Origin: Candidatus Latescibacterota bacterium
GTDB taxonomy: Bacteria > Latescibacterota > UBA2968 > UBA8231
Direction of reading: 5' to 3'
Length of the DNA stretch: 64,000 nt
NCBI GenBank assembly: GCA_965200315.1
Contig: OZ241362.1
Span: forward strand, 3,168,001 to 3,232,000
The notes under the pieces are model-generated. The model was given only the letters and a program-made list of their open reading frames with translations. It was not told the origin of the DNA and ran no database searches. Shown piece after piece: positions 39,655 to 50,021 of this stretch. The position numbers and the translations under genes were made by a program. Each line of letters begins with the position of its first letter. Positions within the stretch are counted from its first letter, which is position 1.

Positions 39655-41784
39655 TCAGAAAGCCTGACCGATGGAAAAATAAAGGTGCCGCCGCTGATAC
39701 AACCGCTTCCACCACTGTTTCTCGTCAGATGGGTTGTCGAGGGAGCCATCGCTGAAGGCTATGTCGAGCCGGAGGGGAAAGCCCAAAGCGTAGCGCAGCC
39801 CCCCCCCATAGCCATCGACCATGCTTCGCAAGGTCGCTTGGCTTGGCTGGCGCCAGACCTGCGCCCGATCCCAAAAGCCAACAAGGCCGAAGCTGTTGCG
39901 CTGGTAGCGCAATTCCCCGCGCATATTCAGGCCGAGACGTCCGCCGCCCGGCACGTGTATGACGTCGCGCTCAACGCCGCGCAGGGACCCCTCGCCCCCG
40001 TATGTCCACCAGTATTTCTGCGGTAACCGCCGTCCCTCGCGCAGTGAAGCCGCTCCTCCCCCTTGCAGGGCTAGGGCCAACACCAGCCGACGCGAGAGCG
40101 GTTGGTAATACGTGAATGCGGCCTCACCGTCGATCACATAAGTCTGACGCCGACCAAGAGTGAACGAGTAGGCATAGAGTCCGGTCAACCGCAAGAGCGC
40201 ACCGCGCGTGGGAGCAAAGGGATCGTCGCGCGAGTCGCGCAAAAACTCGGTTTTCAAATTGACCGAGCGCTCGCGTTCGGTCAGAATTCGCAGCCAATCC
40301 GCCGTCGCTGGGATCTTGCCGTCGCTGTAGTCTATAACCTCGTCTTGGGCAGATAAATTGCCTTTGCTAGAGAAATCGAAGTCGTCGTCGCCAAACAGAT
40401 CGTCCGCGTCGGTCGTCTCATCGCTGTCGGTTTCACCCTCGTCTCCGGGATCAAGAGGCTTGGGAGCGTAGTCGATGCGCTTGCTCGGATCGGGCCGGGT
40501 GCGCGAGTCTTCTCCGCTAATAGAGACTTGGGCTTGGTAGATCTCGCGCCAGCCCTTGGTGAGCGTTGCTTCCGCTTTCCACAAGTGCTCAACTGCGAGG
40601 TAGTTGAAGGTGGCTGTGTTTATATACTCTCGTATAACCGCTTCCCCCCCGAAGGGAAGGAACAAAAAGTCGTTGAGCACCGAATCGTTGGCCGTCAAAA
40701 GCGCGACTTGCCGCTGGTCGTCTGGGTTGCCCTGCTGCTTGGTCGGCTGCCATTTGTCGGTGACCCCTACCGACAACACCAAGTCAGCGCCCGTGCCTAG
40801 CAAGTTGCGCTCGGTAAAGGACGCGGTGACGCCCTGCTCTGGCTTCCCCCAACCGGCATTGAGGCTTAGTCGAGCGCCACGGCCCAGCCAGTTGTTGTGC
40901 TGCACGACCCCGCCTACGCGCGGCTCAATGTTGCTGAAGAAGGCACCGGCACTTAGGGAGATACGCTTTCTTTCTTTTAAGCGAACCACGACCGGCTGCA
41001 AGCTGTCACCCGTCTCGGGAGTGAGTAGAAAGACCGAGCGGAACAGGCCGGTCTTCGCCAGTTGCTCGCGGCTTTTGGCTAGCTGCTCGGGATTGTACAA
41101 GCCCCCCTGCTCAAAGTGTAGATAACGCTCGATTACCTCCTTGCGCGTGTATAGCTGGTCGAGGTTTTCGACCTCGACAGCACCGAAGTACATCTTGCGC
41201 CCGGGATTGATGTGAAAGACGACCTCTGTGCTGCGGCTAGCGCGGTCGTCCTCCACCCACTCATTGTGTACTGCGGCATGAGGGTAGCCGTGCTGATTGA
41301 GAAAGACCTGTAGTTGGCGCTCGCCTTTGAGCACCTTGCCGTAGTCGAGGGGTGCACCAGCGCGCAGACCGACCTGAGCACTCAGGGTGTCGGCCGCAAA
41401 GGGTGCGCCCCCTACGAGCGTTAGGGTGCGCACCGTCCACAGTGCGCCGCTGTTGATTTCAATGTGAATGTGGACTCGGTTTTTGGCGTCCAAGCGCAGG
41501 AGCTTGCGGACGATCTCGGCGTCGCGATAGCCCTTGCTGTAATAGAGATTGACTAGGCCGCTCAGGTCGTTTTTGAAGAAGCGGCGTTGGAAGCGCTTGC
41601 CCTCTTGGGTCAGCATGACCGAGCGCAAGGTCTCGCCTTTGATGCGCTTTGCGCCTCGGTGAACGAAGCGAATCTGAGCCACCTTGTGACCATCGGCTTC
41701 GCGAGCCGATATTTCGCGCAGATCCTCTTGGGCCAAGGCCGTCCCCGCGAGAGCCAGACAGAGGACGGCGGCGAGTACGCTCAT
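39655..41784 (-). CDS. TamA/BamA-family outer membrane protein (POTRA + beta-barrel)
   Basis: Signal peptide, POTRA repeats (Y...GY..A), GG..SLRG, C-terminal YFSIGQAF. Confidence 0.9.
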   Translation of the reverse strand: MSVLAAVLCLALAGTALAQEDLREISAREADGHKVAQIRFVHRGAKRIKGETLRSVMLTQEGKRFQRRFFKNDLSGLVNLYYSKGYRDAEIVRKLLRLDAKNRVHIHIEINSGALWTVRTLTLVGGAPFAADTLSAQVGLRAGAPLDYGKVLKGERQLQVFLNQHGYPHAAVHNEWVEDDRASRSTEVVFHINPGRKMYFGAVEVENLDQLYTRKEVIERYLHFEQGGLYNPEQLAKSREQLAKTGLFRSVFLLTPETGDSLQPVVVRLKERKRISLSAGAFFSNIEPRVGGVVQHNNWLGRGARLSLNAGWGKPEQGVTASFTERNLLGTGADLVLSVGVTDKWQPTKQQGNPDDQRQVALLTANDSVLNDFLFLPFGGEAVIREYINTATFNYLAVEHLWKAEATLTKGWREIYQAQVSISGEDSRTRPDPSKRIDYAPKPLDPGDEGETDSDETTDADDLFGDDDFDFSSKGNLSAQDEVIDYSDGKIPATADWLRILTERERSVNLKTEFLRDSRDDPFAPTRGALLRLTGLYAYSFTLGRRQTYVIDGEAAFTYYQPLSRRLVLALALQGGGAASLREGRRLPQKYWWTYGGEGSLRGVERDVIHVPGGGRLGLNMRGELRYQRNSFGLVGFWDRAQVWRQPSQATLRSMVDGYGGGLRYALGFPLRLDIAFSDGSLDNPSDEKQWWKRLYQRRHLYFSIGQAF

Positions 41785-44700
41785 CGAAATTCTCGCTTCA
41801 GGCCAATGCCTAGCCCATAGCTATCGTACTTGCTTTGCGCCGAGCCGACGATGGTCAGAAAGGATTTGATTTTGTGCTCGACTCGCACCTCGCCCCAAGC
41901 CATCTCTTTTAGTAGGGCCTCGTAGCGCACCCAGAGGGGCAGGGGCAACCAACCGAGGTATTTGCCCGCACGCAGGGCGACCCCAGGCTCGGCCCCGGCG
42001 ATCTCACTCGACGGCAAGACCGTGAATTCATCAAGCCCCACCTCCTTCTCGACCTGCTTGCTCAAGAGTTGGCCGGCGGCCGTTACGGCCGCGTCGTAGT
42101 CGAGGTTAGCCACGTCGAGGTCAGCCATATTAAAGACCAGCAGGTTGACGATGCTCAAATAACCTTCTACCGGGTCCGCGTCCGGGTCTTCCGAGTCCGC
42201 CTCAAAATCCGGCACAATTTTCTGAGCCGACCCTTTTAGCGTCAGGGTCACGTCGTACTCATAGTCGCTCTTAATGTTGCGGATGTTCTCGACCTTAGCC
42301 TCTAAATCGAGTGTGGGATTCAGTTCAAGGGGGTCGTACATCACGTCGAGGATGGACTTAGTCGGTGCTAGGCGGTTGAAGACGACGCGCCCCTGTGTAA
42401 TGTTGAACTCCTGATTGAGTACGAAGACTTGCCCTTCGTCTATTGTGATGTCGCCTTGGAAGAGCGGCTTGTAGAAGGTGCCGCCGATCTCGACCGCGCC
42501 CGATGCCTCGACCTCGGCTAGCTCGCTGTCGACGGCGAGGCCGCGGAGATCGACTTCGACGGCGAGGGCCATGTTCTCCAAAAAATCGTCGCGCAGTGCC
42601 GGCGGTGGCGGTGGCACGGGAAGCGCGAGGACCACGAGGCTTGCCTCGGATTTCGGCCGGTCGATGCGGACGCGCCCCGCCAACTTGGATGCGCTGAGCG
42701 AGCCGGCGAAAGATAGATCCATGTCGATGTCGTCCGCCCTAAAGGACTGCCCAACGTCTTCGTAGTAGGAGGTCATCCGCTCGGCTTGGAGCCGCAAGTC
42801 AAAGCTAGGGTCGTCGAGCCGCGCTAGGTCGAGCTGCCCGGTGAGCGACGCGCTGCGAAACCCCCGCTTAGGTTCTTTCTCGACGGAGAACCCTATCAGT
42901 TCGACCTGCCGGCCATTGAATTGCAACTGCCCGTCGGGTAGCGCGTAGATCGGCTCTAAGTCGAGCAGGGCAAATTCGAGACCTGCGACCCCTATTTGAC
43001 CTTGTAATGAGAGCGTTGAGTCCAAGCCCTCGGCCCGGAGATCCGCGCTAATCCGTCCGTCGAGATGGTCCAGTTCGGCTATGAGGTCGCCGAGGAAGAG
43101 GAGGCCGATGCCGTCGGAACGCGCTTCGAGCCAGCTCTCGTCTAATGAGAGTTCACCGGCCTGTAAATCCCAAGGTACGCGACCGGTCACTATGAGGCTG
43201 TCGTCGGGCGAAGTCGTCCAGTTCAAATGCCAATCGCCGCCGTGGCGGTCGCCGCCGAGTTGGCCACGAAGCTTGCCTAAGTCCGCGGATTCCACGGCCA
43301 GATCAGCGGCAACTTGAGGAGCGGATACCGTGCCGCTGACTTCGGCGTCGAGTTGGACCAGCCCCGTGGGGCCGCCGAAGAAAGCCAAGTCCACGTCTTC
43401 GAGGGCCAGCTCAATTTTCGAGGGCTTGGTGTCCACTAGTTGGCCCGTCAACCGCAGAGTGCCAGCCGGCTGCAGGGCGAGACGGTCGCGGTCGTAGTGC
43501 TGCAAGCCAATCGCCACGGAGTCCAAGACCACGCGCCCCTCGCCGAAAGAGAAATGCCCTCCAGACAGGAGGTTCAGCCGCAGCGAGTCGGCTGAAGCTT
43601 GGCTCTCGATGGCCAAGCCTTGCAAGTCGATCTGCCCGGACAAGTCCGGCCAGCTCGGCATGGAATCCCCTAAAGCCACCTCTAAGTGCCCATCGAGGTC
43701 GAGCCATCCGTGTAGCGGGCGTCCCAAAGCATAACTGAGCAACGGCCCCAAGTCGGCTGCCTTCGCTTCGATTGCGAGTTGAGCGGGAGCTGCCCCCGGC
43801 CCGAAGAGCGGCGCGGCTGGGCAGGAAAGCGTGAGGCGTACGCCGGCATCGGCGCTGAACTCGGCCATGAGCGAGCGGTCTGTCGCCAGCCTTGGCGACA
43901 CATCCGCCAATGAGAGACGCAGCCGAGCATTGCCGAGAGCGAGGGTGTCGAGGCGCATCTCCGTCAGCGTCACCACGCCCTGTGCCTCTGGTCTTGCTAG
44001 AGTACCGCCGACTCGCAGATGCCCGCCGCCCGTTGCGCTGAGGGCGGACACAAAGTTGGATAGTTCAAGGGCGGATAACTCCGCCGCAACGGAGAGCGAA
44101 TCCCGCCCGACCCAACCCGAAAGGCCCACTAGGCCGAATGACGTTTGCAGATGTAGCGCCGTGAGGTCTAGGCGTTTGTCGTCATAGTTGGCTTGGAGGG
44201 AACCGCGATTTTGCAGCACCCATTCCCCCTGCCGCAGCCAGAGCGAGTCGAGGGAGAGGTTAGCTTGGACTGCGTCTAGGTTATCCAGCGGCCCCTCCCA
44301 GTGCAAAGTGCCGTCTAGTGAGGCCGCTGCGCCATCTACCCCTCGCAACAAGGTATCGGCAAAATCCGCTTGGGCCTTTAAGTGCCCGTCCGCGTCCAAT
44401 TTCGCTAGTAAGCTCACACCCGGTCCCCCACCGGATACCCGCGCCGCACCTTGGTCCCAGTCCACGTCCAGCGCGAGTTCGCCGGTCTGCCATCCCGCGT
44501 ACTCTAGCGGCATGGTCGCAACGCGCCCGGCCAACCGGAGCTCGTCGAGCGCCCGCCCGCCCGCCCCGCGCAAATCCGCGTCGAGCTGCCCGCTCAACCC
44601 GGGCATGACCCGCTCTACTGCCAGTCCGTTCACAGCCGCCACCAGCGTATCGACTTCGCTGCGCTCTAGGTCAATGTCTGCCCGCGCTACTAGGAGATCG

Positions 44701-46082
44701 CGTTCTAAGCGCAAATCCGCCGCGAGGTAGCGGTTGGCGTACAGGTATAGATCCGCGGTGAGCGGACCGAATTCCTCGCCCAATTCGCCGGGGAGATGGT
44801 TGGTCGTCAGCCGCAACGCTAGGGTATCGAGCTTAGCCTGCCCGGCGATGGCTATGGGCGCGGCACCGCGCAAAAAGGACGCCGCTTGCAACGCGCCCTT
44901 TAGCGCGAGGTCGTAGTCGCCCGCTAAGCTAGAAGAGCCGGTGGCCACCAACTCCAGCAAGGGCGATTGCAGGTTGATACGAGTCGCTCCATCGGGTCGA
45001 TGCCAACCCGTTATCTCGGCGTCGAACCGCCGGTCGGGAATTAGGTCCACATCGCGCAGAAGGGCGGCAAAATCCGCTGCATAGCGCCGGTGCTGCAAAT
45101 GTACTCCAGCCGCTAGCTCAAATTCCGCCCGCCCCGCAAAGGGAGCCGCGAGCGCAAGGTCAAATCCCTCGCCCCGCAGTTGGGTCTGCAAGCTGTCGCG
45201 GGTAAAGAAATAAGTCGCCTCGCCCGTCAGGGTGCCGTCGAATAAAGAGACGAGTAGAGAATCCAACACTAGGCGCGTGCCGTTGGTGCGCATATCCCCT
45301 CGCAGCTCCACAGCCGAGACCGCCGGCGCGCTTCCCTTGCCCCTGAGCGTCCCGTGTAGTTGCAACGGCGTCACCGCCCCAACGATCTCCGCTGCTAGGG
45401 AACCCCGCACGGAATCGGTCTCCACCGTCGCCGTGGCGTCCATTTGTAAAGGCCGCGGCAACTTCAGCCCCAAGGCAAACGAAGCCTGCAGTGCGGCCCT
45501 GAGACTGTCGCTAGCGCCCACGGCCCGGAGCTCTCCGCGGTCAATGCGGTGCGGACTGAGCGCGAGCTCCAGAGTTAGCGAGCGCAGCGGCACACCCTGT
45601 AAGTCGGACAAGGTCAGGTCTAAGTGTCCTGAGGTGTCTGCTGCTAAGCGATATGCGCCGCGCCAGTCCTGCGCTCCGATCCGCGTCGCGCCTAACTGCC
45701 AATCGAGTGTACCGGCTTGCACGTTGAGGTTGGGGAAGAAGGCGAGGGGCAGCTCTATGTCTATGGCTGCGGTAGTTGAATCGGCCCCGGTGCCTGACTC
45801 GATACGCACCTTGGGTGCCTGTATGTCGACTGCCCAAGACCACGGCCACACAGCGATGTGCTCGGCATTGATGGTCACCCCTAGGGCGGGGTTTTTGCAG
45901 TACACGTCGGAAAAGGAAAACGCGTAGAGCAAGCCTCCCCGGCGACTGCCGATGGAGACCTGCCATCCCCCAACTCCGCGCTCTAGCAGGTGCGCGAGTG
46001 CGGCAGGCCCTATGGGCGTGACCGCGACGAGGACGAGGACGGCACCCAAAACGGCCACCGCCCCGAGCAGTTTCCTCTTCAT
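41781..46082 (-). CDS. TamB-like translocation/assembly module protein (DUF490)
   Basis: 1433 aa, N-terminal membrane anchor, beta-rich repeats, overlaps the TamA-like gene. Confidence 0.8.
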   Translation of the reverse strand: MKRKLLGAVAVLGAVLVLVAVTPIGPAALAHLLERGVGGWQVSIGSRRGGLLYAFSFSDVYCKNPALGVTINAEHIAVWPWSWAVDIQAPKVRIESGTGADSTTAAIDIELPLAFFPNLNVQAGTLDWQLGATRIGAQDWRGAYRLAADTSGHLDLTLSDLQGVPLRSLTLELALSPHRIDRGELRAVGASDSLRAALQASFALGLKLPRPLQMDATATVETDSVRGSLAAEIVGAVTPLQLHGTLRGKGSAPAVSAVELRGDMRTNGTRLVLDSLLVSLFDGTLTGEATYFFTRDSLQTQLRGEGFDLALAAPFAGRAEFELAAGVHLQHRRYAADFAALLRDVDLIPDRRFDAEITGWHRPDGATRINLQSPLLELVATGSSSLAGDYDLALKGALQAASFLRGAAPIAIAGQAKLDTLALRLTTNHLPGELGEEFGPLTADLYLYANRYLAADLRLERDLLVARADIDLERSEVDTLVAAVNGLAVERVMPGLSGQLDADLRGAGGRALDELRLAGRVATMPLEYAGWQTGELALDVDWDQGAARVSGGGPGVSLLAKLDADGHLKAQADFADTLLRGVDGAAASLDGTLHWEGPLDNLDAVQANLSLDSLWLRQGEWVLQNRGSLQANYDDKRLDLTALHLQTSFGLVGLSGWVGRDSLSVAAELSALELSNFVSALSATGGGHLRVGGTLARPEAQGVVTLTEMRLDTLALGNARLRLSLADVSPRLATDRSLMAEFSADAGVRLTLSCPAAPLFGPGAAPAQLAIEAKAADLGPLLSYALGRPLHGWLDLDGHLEVALGDSMPSWPDLSGQIDLQGLAIESQASADSLRLNLLSGGHFSFGEGRVVLDSVAIGLQHYDRDRLALQPAGTLRLTGQLVDTKPSKIELALEDVDLAFFGGPTGLVQLDAEVSGTVSAPQVAADLAVESADLGKLRGQLGGDRHGGDWHLNWTTSPDDSLIVTGRVPWDLQAGELSLDESWLEARSDGIGLLFLGDLIAELDHLDGRISADLRAEGLDSTLSLQGQIGVAGLEFALLDLEPIYALPDGQLQFNGRQVELIGFSVEKEPKRGFRSASLTGQLDLARLDDPSFDLRLQAERMTSYYEDVGQSFRADDIDMDLSFAGSLSASKLAGRVRIDRPKSEASLVVLALPVPPPPPALRDDFLENMALAVEVDLRGLAVDSELAEVEASGAVEIGGTFYKPLFQGDITIDEGQVFVLNQEFNITQGRVVFNRLAPTKSILDVMYDPLELNPTLDLEAKVENIRNIKSDYEYDVTLTLKGSAQKIVPDFEADSEDPDADPVEGYLSIVNLLVFNMADLDVANLDYDAAVTAAGQLLSKQVEKEVGLDEFTVLPSSEIAGAEPGVALRAGKYLGWLPLPLWVRYEALLKEMAWGEVRVEHKIKSFLTIVGSAQSKYDSYGLGIGLKREFR

Positions 46083-46909
46083 TCGGATTCGAGGCGAGTC
46101 AGAGCCTTAGACACGTGGAAAAGCGAGTCGGGCAACGGCGCGTACGCCATGGTCTTGATCTCGCGGTCTAAGCGGAATACTTGGCTGGACTTCTCTTTTT
46201 CCGGCAGCTTGACTGAGGCCGTCAAGGTCGAGCGCAGCGCAAAGCCTTTGAGTTCCTCGGCGTTCTCTAGCTCGTCACTTAGAGCTTCGTGGTCGTCTAG
46301 CCCTTCCAGACCTCCGCCGATTAGCGACGGATAGGACGTGCTAGCGTCCTGCAAGGCCATAAACGCTGTGATCTCCTGAAAGCCGGGGAAATCCTTGGCG
46401 ATGCAGGCATCGTACGTGTAGCGGTTTTCGCGGCGGAGCTCTTGGGTGTTGGGGTCGAGGTAGCGGGCGCGCATTTGCGCGACGACCCGCTGGCAGGGAA
46501 TGCCAGCGATGCGCTCTGTTTCTTCCGGCACCTTGACCGCAAGAGCTCTCTGTGGCCCGCCGGGAGTGGCTGCCGGCTTGGCCGCGGCCTTGCGCGCCGG
46601 AGGGGCTTTCTGCTGGACGAAGGTCTGTGCCGCGAGGTCGATTTCGTACACTTGCGCTTGGTCCAGCCGCAAGATAGTGCTGGTATTGAGGGACTGGCCC
46701 TGCCGTCGGAGGGCCTTGGCCGTTTTCGCGTCGGTCTCAATCTGCTGCTCGACCCGCTGGCTCTTGCCCTTAATGTAAATTTTGTGGGTCGTTTTGCGCG
46801 CTCCGGTTTTGTCTTTGCCAAATCCCCGATTGACTACCTCTTCCTCGAAGTACACATCGGCACCAGCGCTCGCGGCACTGACGAGCAATGCACATAAGAA
46901 TAAAATCAT
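46079..46909 (-). CDS. Secreted hypothetical protein (DUF4412-like)
   Basis: Signal peptide; ETERIAGIPC and LPDSLF motifs. Confidence 0.65.
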   Translation of the reverse strand: MILFLCALLVSAASAGADVYFEEEVVNRGFGKDKTGARKTTHKIYIKGKSQRVEQQIETDAKTAKALRRQGQSLNTSTILRLDQAQVYEIDLAAQTFVQQKAPPARKAAAKPAATPGGPQRALAVKVPEETERIAGIPCQRVVAQMRARYLDPNTQELRRENRYTYDACIAKDFPGFQEITAFMALQDASTSYPSLIGGGLEGLDDHEALSDELENAEELKGFALRSTLTASVKLPEKEKSSQVFRLDREIKTMAYAPLPDSLFHVSKALTRLESE

Positions 46910-46977
46910 GCTCGCACTCTCCTCGTGTATGGAAATGGAATAATAATATAGAAACGCAGTTGCTGGCTCATAAACAA

Positions 46978-47008
46978 AAGGCCCCTGCCCACAAGGGCGA
47001 GGGGCCTT
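46978..47008 (-). terminator. Intrinsic terminator
   Basis: AAGGCCCCTGCCC-ACAA-GGGCGAGGGGCCTT with T-tail on the minus strand. Confidence 0.75.
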
Positions 47009-47031
47009 GAAACTTCTTGTTGCGCCTGCTG

Positions 47032-47706
47032 TTATTCGTCTGAGCCGCGCATGAGCAAAAGACCCACTAGGTTTAGCACGGCGGTCGCGGCGGCGGCCAC
47101 ATAGGTCATGGCCGCGGCGTTGAGCACCCGCCGAGCCGAGCGCACCTCGTCGTTGGCTAGGTAGCCCTGCGAGAGAATGGCCATGGCCCGCGAGCTGGCG
47201 TTGAACTCCACCGGCAGGGTGACGATTTGGAACAAGACTGCGCCAGCGAAGAACATGATGCCGATATTCATCAGGCCGGCGGTCCCGAAGAACATCCCCG
47301 CTAGAATCAGGGGAAGGCCCAGCGTCGAGCCCAAGTTGGCGACGGGCAGGATCGCGTGCCGAAAGTTGAGCGGCGCGTAGCCGCGGGCGTGTTGGATCGC
47401 GTGGCCGACCTCGTGCGCCGCCACGGCCAAGCCGGCTAGATGGTGTCCGTGGAAGTTGTCCGAAGAGAGGCGCACGGCTTTGGCGCGGGGATCGTAGTGA
47501 TCGGAAAGCATCCCGCCCGTTTCTTCGACCGACACGTCGTAAATGCGTTGCTGATGCAGGATGCGTCGTGCGGTCTCAGCACCCGAAAGCTGCGCGGCCG
47601 AAGCCACTTGGCTGTACTTGTTGAAGGCGCTGCGGACCCGCATCTGGGCCCAAGCGACCAAGATTATCGGCAGAATTAAAAACGGGTTCAAAAGAAACGA
47701 AAACAT
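47032..47706 (-). CDS. Neutral zinc metallopeptidase (YugP / Zn_peptidase_2)
   Basis: LSDHYDP, AAHEVGHAIQ, TLPVEFNASSRA, AAAMTYVAA. Confidence 0.92.
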   Translation of the reverse strand: MFSFLLNPFLILPIILVAWAQMRVRSAFNKYSQVASAAQLSGAETARRILHQQRIYDVSVEETGGMLSDHYDPRAKAVRLSSDNFHGHHLAGLAVAAHEVGHAIQHARGYAPLNFRHAILPVANLGSTLGLPLILAGMFFGTAGLMNIGIMFFAGAVLFQIVTLPVEFNASSRAMAILSQGYLANDEVRSARRVLNAAAMTYVAAAATAVLNLVGLLLMRGSDE

Positions 47707-47811
47707 CTCCTCATCTCCTCAGTATGCGACGGGCTTCTATTGGAACACTAAATGAACGATCTAAGTTTCTAGCAGAATAACGAAAGCACCTGAAAATCGC
47801 AAGAAAAGGGT

Positions 47812-48477
47812 TTATACTTTCTCTTCAGCTTCAGCAAGGAGAGCAAGAGCCGGGGGCACGACGACGCCGGCCGAGACGATCATTTTCAGAGCTTCCTCAA
47901 CGCCGAGGTCGGTGGGACGCAATTGTTCGGGCGGCACGATGAGCATAAAGCCGGTCGTGGGGTTAGGAGCTGTGGGCACGAAAATGCTGTGCGCCGGTGC
48001 TATTTCGTCCTCGCGGGGGACGTTGCCGGCCAAAAAGCCCAAGGTCCACATCCCGATGCGCGGATATTCGACGAGTACGACTTTCTCGAAGCCGGCCTTG
48101 CCCGGGGAGGTCAGCGACTCCATGAGCTGCTGTATGGGCGCGTAGATCGTGCGCACCAACGGCAGGCCCTCTAGCGCTTCGCGCGCGAATTGCCACAGGC
48201 TGCGGCCAACCACGTTGGTGGCGAGCGCACCGACGATCCACAGAATGATAAAGGTCAGCACAAAGCCCAAGCCGGGAATGTGGAAGTCGGGATCGTCGAC
48301 GAACGGTCTAGCCATTTGGCTAATCAACGGCGCGGAGAAGCCGTCGGCCCAGTCGAACAGGAACTTGAGGACCCAGCCGGTAAGCCACAGGGGCACGATG
48401 ATCGTCAGGCCGGCCATTATCGTGCGCCGAAGCCGCTGTAGCCGAGTGGGGCTTTTGCGCGGAGGTGTTTCATTCAT
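47812..48477 (-). CDS. DUF502 membrane protein
   Basis: AGL.IIVPL, LPLVRTIY, VLVEYPR.G, FVPTAPNPTTGF. Confidence 0.9.
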   Translation of the reverse strand: MNETPPRKSPTRLQRLRRTIMAGLTIIVPLWLTGWVLKFLFDWADGFSAPLISQMARPFVDDPDFHIPGLGFVLTFIILWIVGALATNVVGRSLWQFAREALEGLPLVRTIYAPIQQLMESLTSPGKAGFEKVVLVEYPRIGMWTLGFLAGNVPREDEIAPAHSIFVPTAPNPTTGFMLIVPPEQLRPTDLGVEEALKMIVSAGVVVPPALALLAEAEEKV

Positions 48478-48609
48478 GTCGTAAATTGCCTTATATACAT
48501 ACACATTGACATTTTTTGAATATCCAATTGGTCAAAAATACTGTCAATACAAAGGATGCGCCCGTGCACAGGCTTACGCTTTTTGCGCGGTAGCTTATTT
48601 TATTTCTGT

Positions 48610-49293
48610 ATGACGGCTATTTTATTCAGCGGCGGCATGGACTCGACCATCTTGCTGTGGTGGCTAAAAGCGCGGCAACAAGGTCCCATCCACGCCATCA
48701 GCATTGACTACGGCCAGCGGCACCGCGTTGAGCTGGAATACGCCGCCCGCCTCGCTCGTCGCGCTGAGGTCGCGGTCCACGAGACGCTGTCGTTGGACTT
48801 GGCGGTTCTAGAGGGCAATCCGCTGACCGATCCCAAGCTGGACGTGCCCACCGCTGAGTCCAAACGCCAACGCGATACCGTGGTTCCCTTCCGCAACATG
48901 CTCTTTGCGACGCTCGCAGCGGCGTACTGCGCAACAAAGGGCATCACTGATTTGTATATGGCGCCGGTTAAAGACGACTACACGGCCTATCGCGACTGCC
49001 GTCGTCCTTTTTACGACAGCCTCTCACAGACCCTGCGCTTGGGGGCGGCCCACGACGCGCCTTGGACGATCCATACGCCCTTTGTCAAGCTGTGGAAGCG
49101 GGACATCGTGGCCCTCGGGATCAAACTCGGCGTTCCCTACGAAGAGACCCACACCTGCTATGAGGGCTTGCGGCCGGCCTGCGGCTTGTGCGACGCCTGC
49201 TGCGGGCGACTCGCAGCCTTTGCGGCAAACCGAGCCTGTGACACTCTGGCGTATGCCGCGGCTTCGACCAAAGCTCAGCCAACGGATGAGTAG
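48610..49293 (+). CDS. queC: 7-cyano-7-deazaguanine synthase
   Basis: LFSGGMDS, DYGQRH, VPFRN, Y.DCR, TCY...CG.CDAC. Confidence 0.93.
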   Translation: MTAILFSGGMDSTILLWWLKARQQGPIHAISIDYGQRHRVELEYAARLARRAEVAVHETLSLDLAVLEGNPLTDPKLDVPTAESKRQRDTVVPFRNMLFATLAAAYCATKGITDLYMAPVKDDYTAYRDCRRPFYDSLSQTLRLGAAHDAPWTIHTPFVKLWKRDIVALGIKLGVPYEETHTCYEGLRPACGLCDACCGRLAAFAANRACDTLAYAAASTKAQPTDE

Positions 49294-49298
49294 AGGCC

Positions 49299-49934
49299 GT
49301 GACTGCTTATATGCCAGCCGAAAAGCGCACCGATTATCTGCCGGTGTGGAACGATTCGGGGCGCGTCCTACAGATCAACGAGATTTTCTACTCGATTGAA
49401 GGCGAGGGCCTGCGCGTCGGCGAGCCTACCACCTTTGTGCGCTTGGCGCGCTGCAATCTGCGCTGCCCGTTCTGCGACACCGAGTTTGACCGCTTCACGC
49501 CCATGGACATCGAGGACATTGCCGCGGAGGTAGCGCGCCACCCGGCCGAATGGGTGTGCTTGACTGGCGGCGAGCCTTTGGGCCAAAATCTCGCGGCGCT
49601 GGCTGGCCGGCTCAAAGAAGCGGGCTACAAGCTCCACATTGAGACCAACGGCACGATCGCGCCCGATCCGGTGCTATTCGAGCTGATTGACCACTGGACT
49701 GTGTCGCCGAAGTGCTACCCGGTCGTCGCTGGTTTTGCGCGCATTACCGAGCTCAAATACGTAGTCGGCCGGGCTTTTCGCGAGGAGCGTGTCGAGGAGC
49801 ACTGCGCCGACTTCGTCTATTTGCAGCCCGAATCCTCCGAGCCGTGCTACATACAGAAGGCCCTTGAGATACTCAAGCGCCATCCGCGCTGGCGCCTCTC
49901 CACGCGCATTCACAAGACGCTCGGCCTGCCTTGA
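49299..49934 (+). CDS. queE: 7-carboxy-7-deazaguanine synthase (radical SAM)
   Basis: INEIFYSIEGEG, CNLRCPFCDT, TGGEP, IETNG, LQP, WRLS..HK. Confidence 0.92.
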   Translation: MTAYMPAEKRTDYLPVWNDSGRVLQINEIFYSIEGEGLRVGEPTTFVRLARCNLRCPFCDTEFDRFTPMDIEDIAAEVARHPAEWVCLTGGEPLGQNLAALAGRLKEAGYKLHIETNGTIAPDPVLFELIDHWTVSPKCYPVVAGFARITELKYVVGRAFREERVEEHCADFVYLQPESSEPCYIQKALEILKRHPRWRLSTRIHKTLGLP

Positions 49935-50021
49935 GCAAACGCGATCCGCAGATGGACGCAGAATACATAGCGCGAGTTTTTCAAGTCATTCACGATTGCT
50001 AAATGCTAAAAAGGAGATCCC

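Noticed and set aside
48610-49934. queC/queE as a 7-deazaguanine DNA-modification (dpd) or Qat defence system
   Set aside because: No dpdA/TGT, Qat ATPase or TatD partner nearby; the proteins look like ordinary queuosine enzymes
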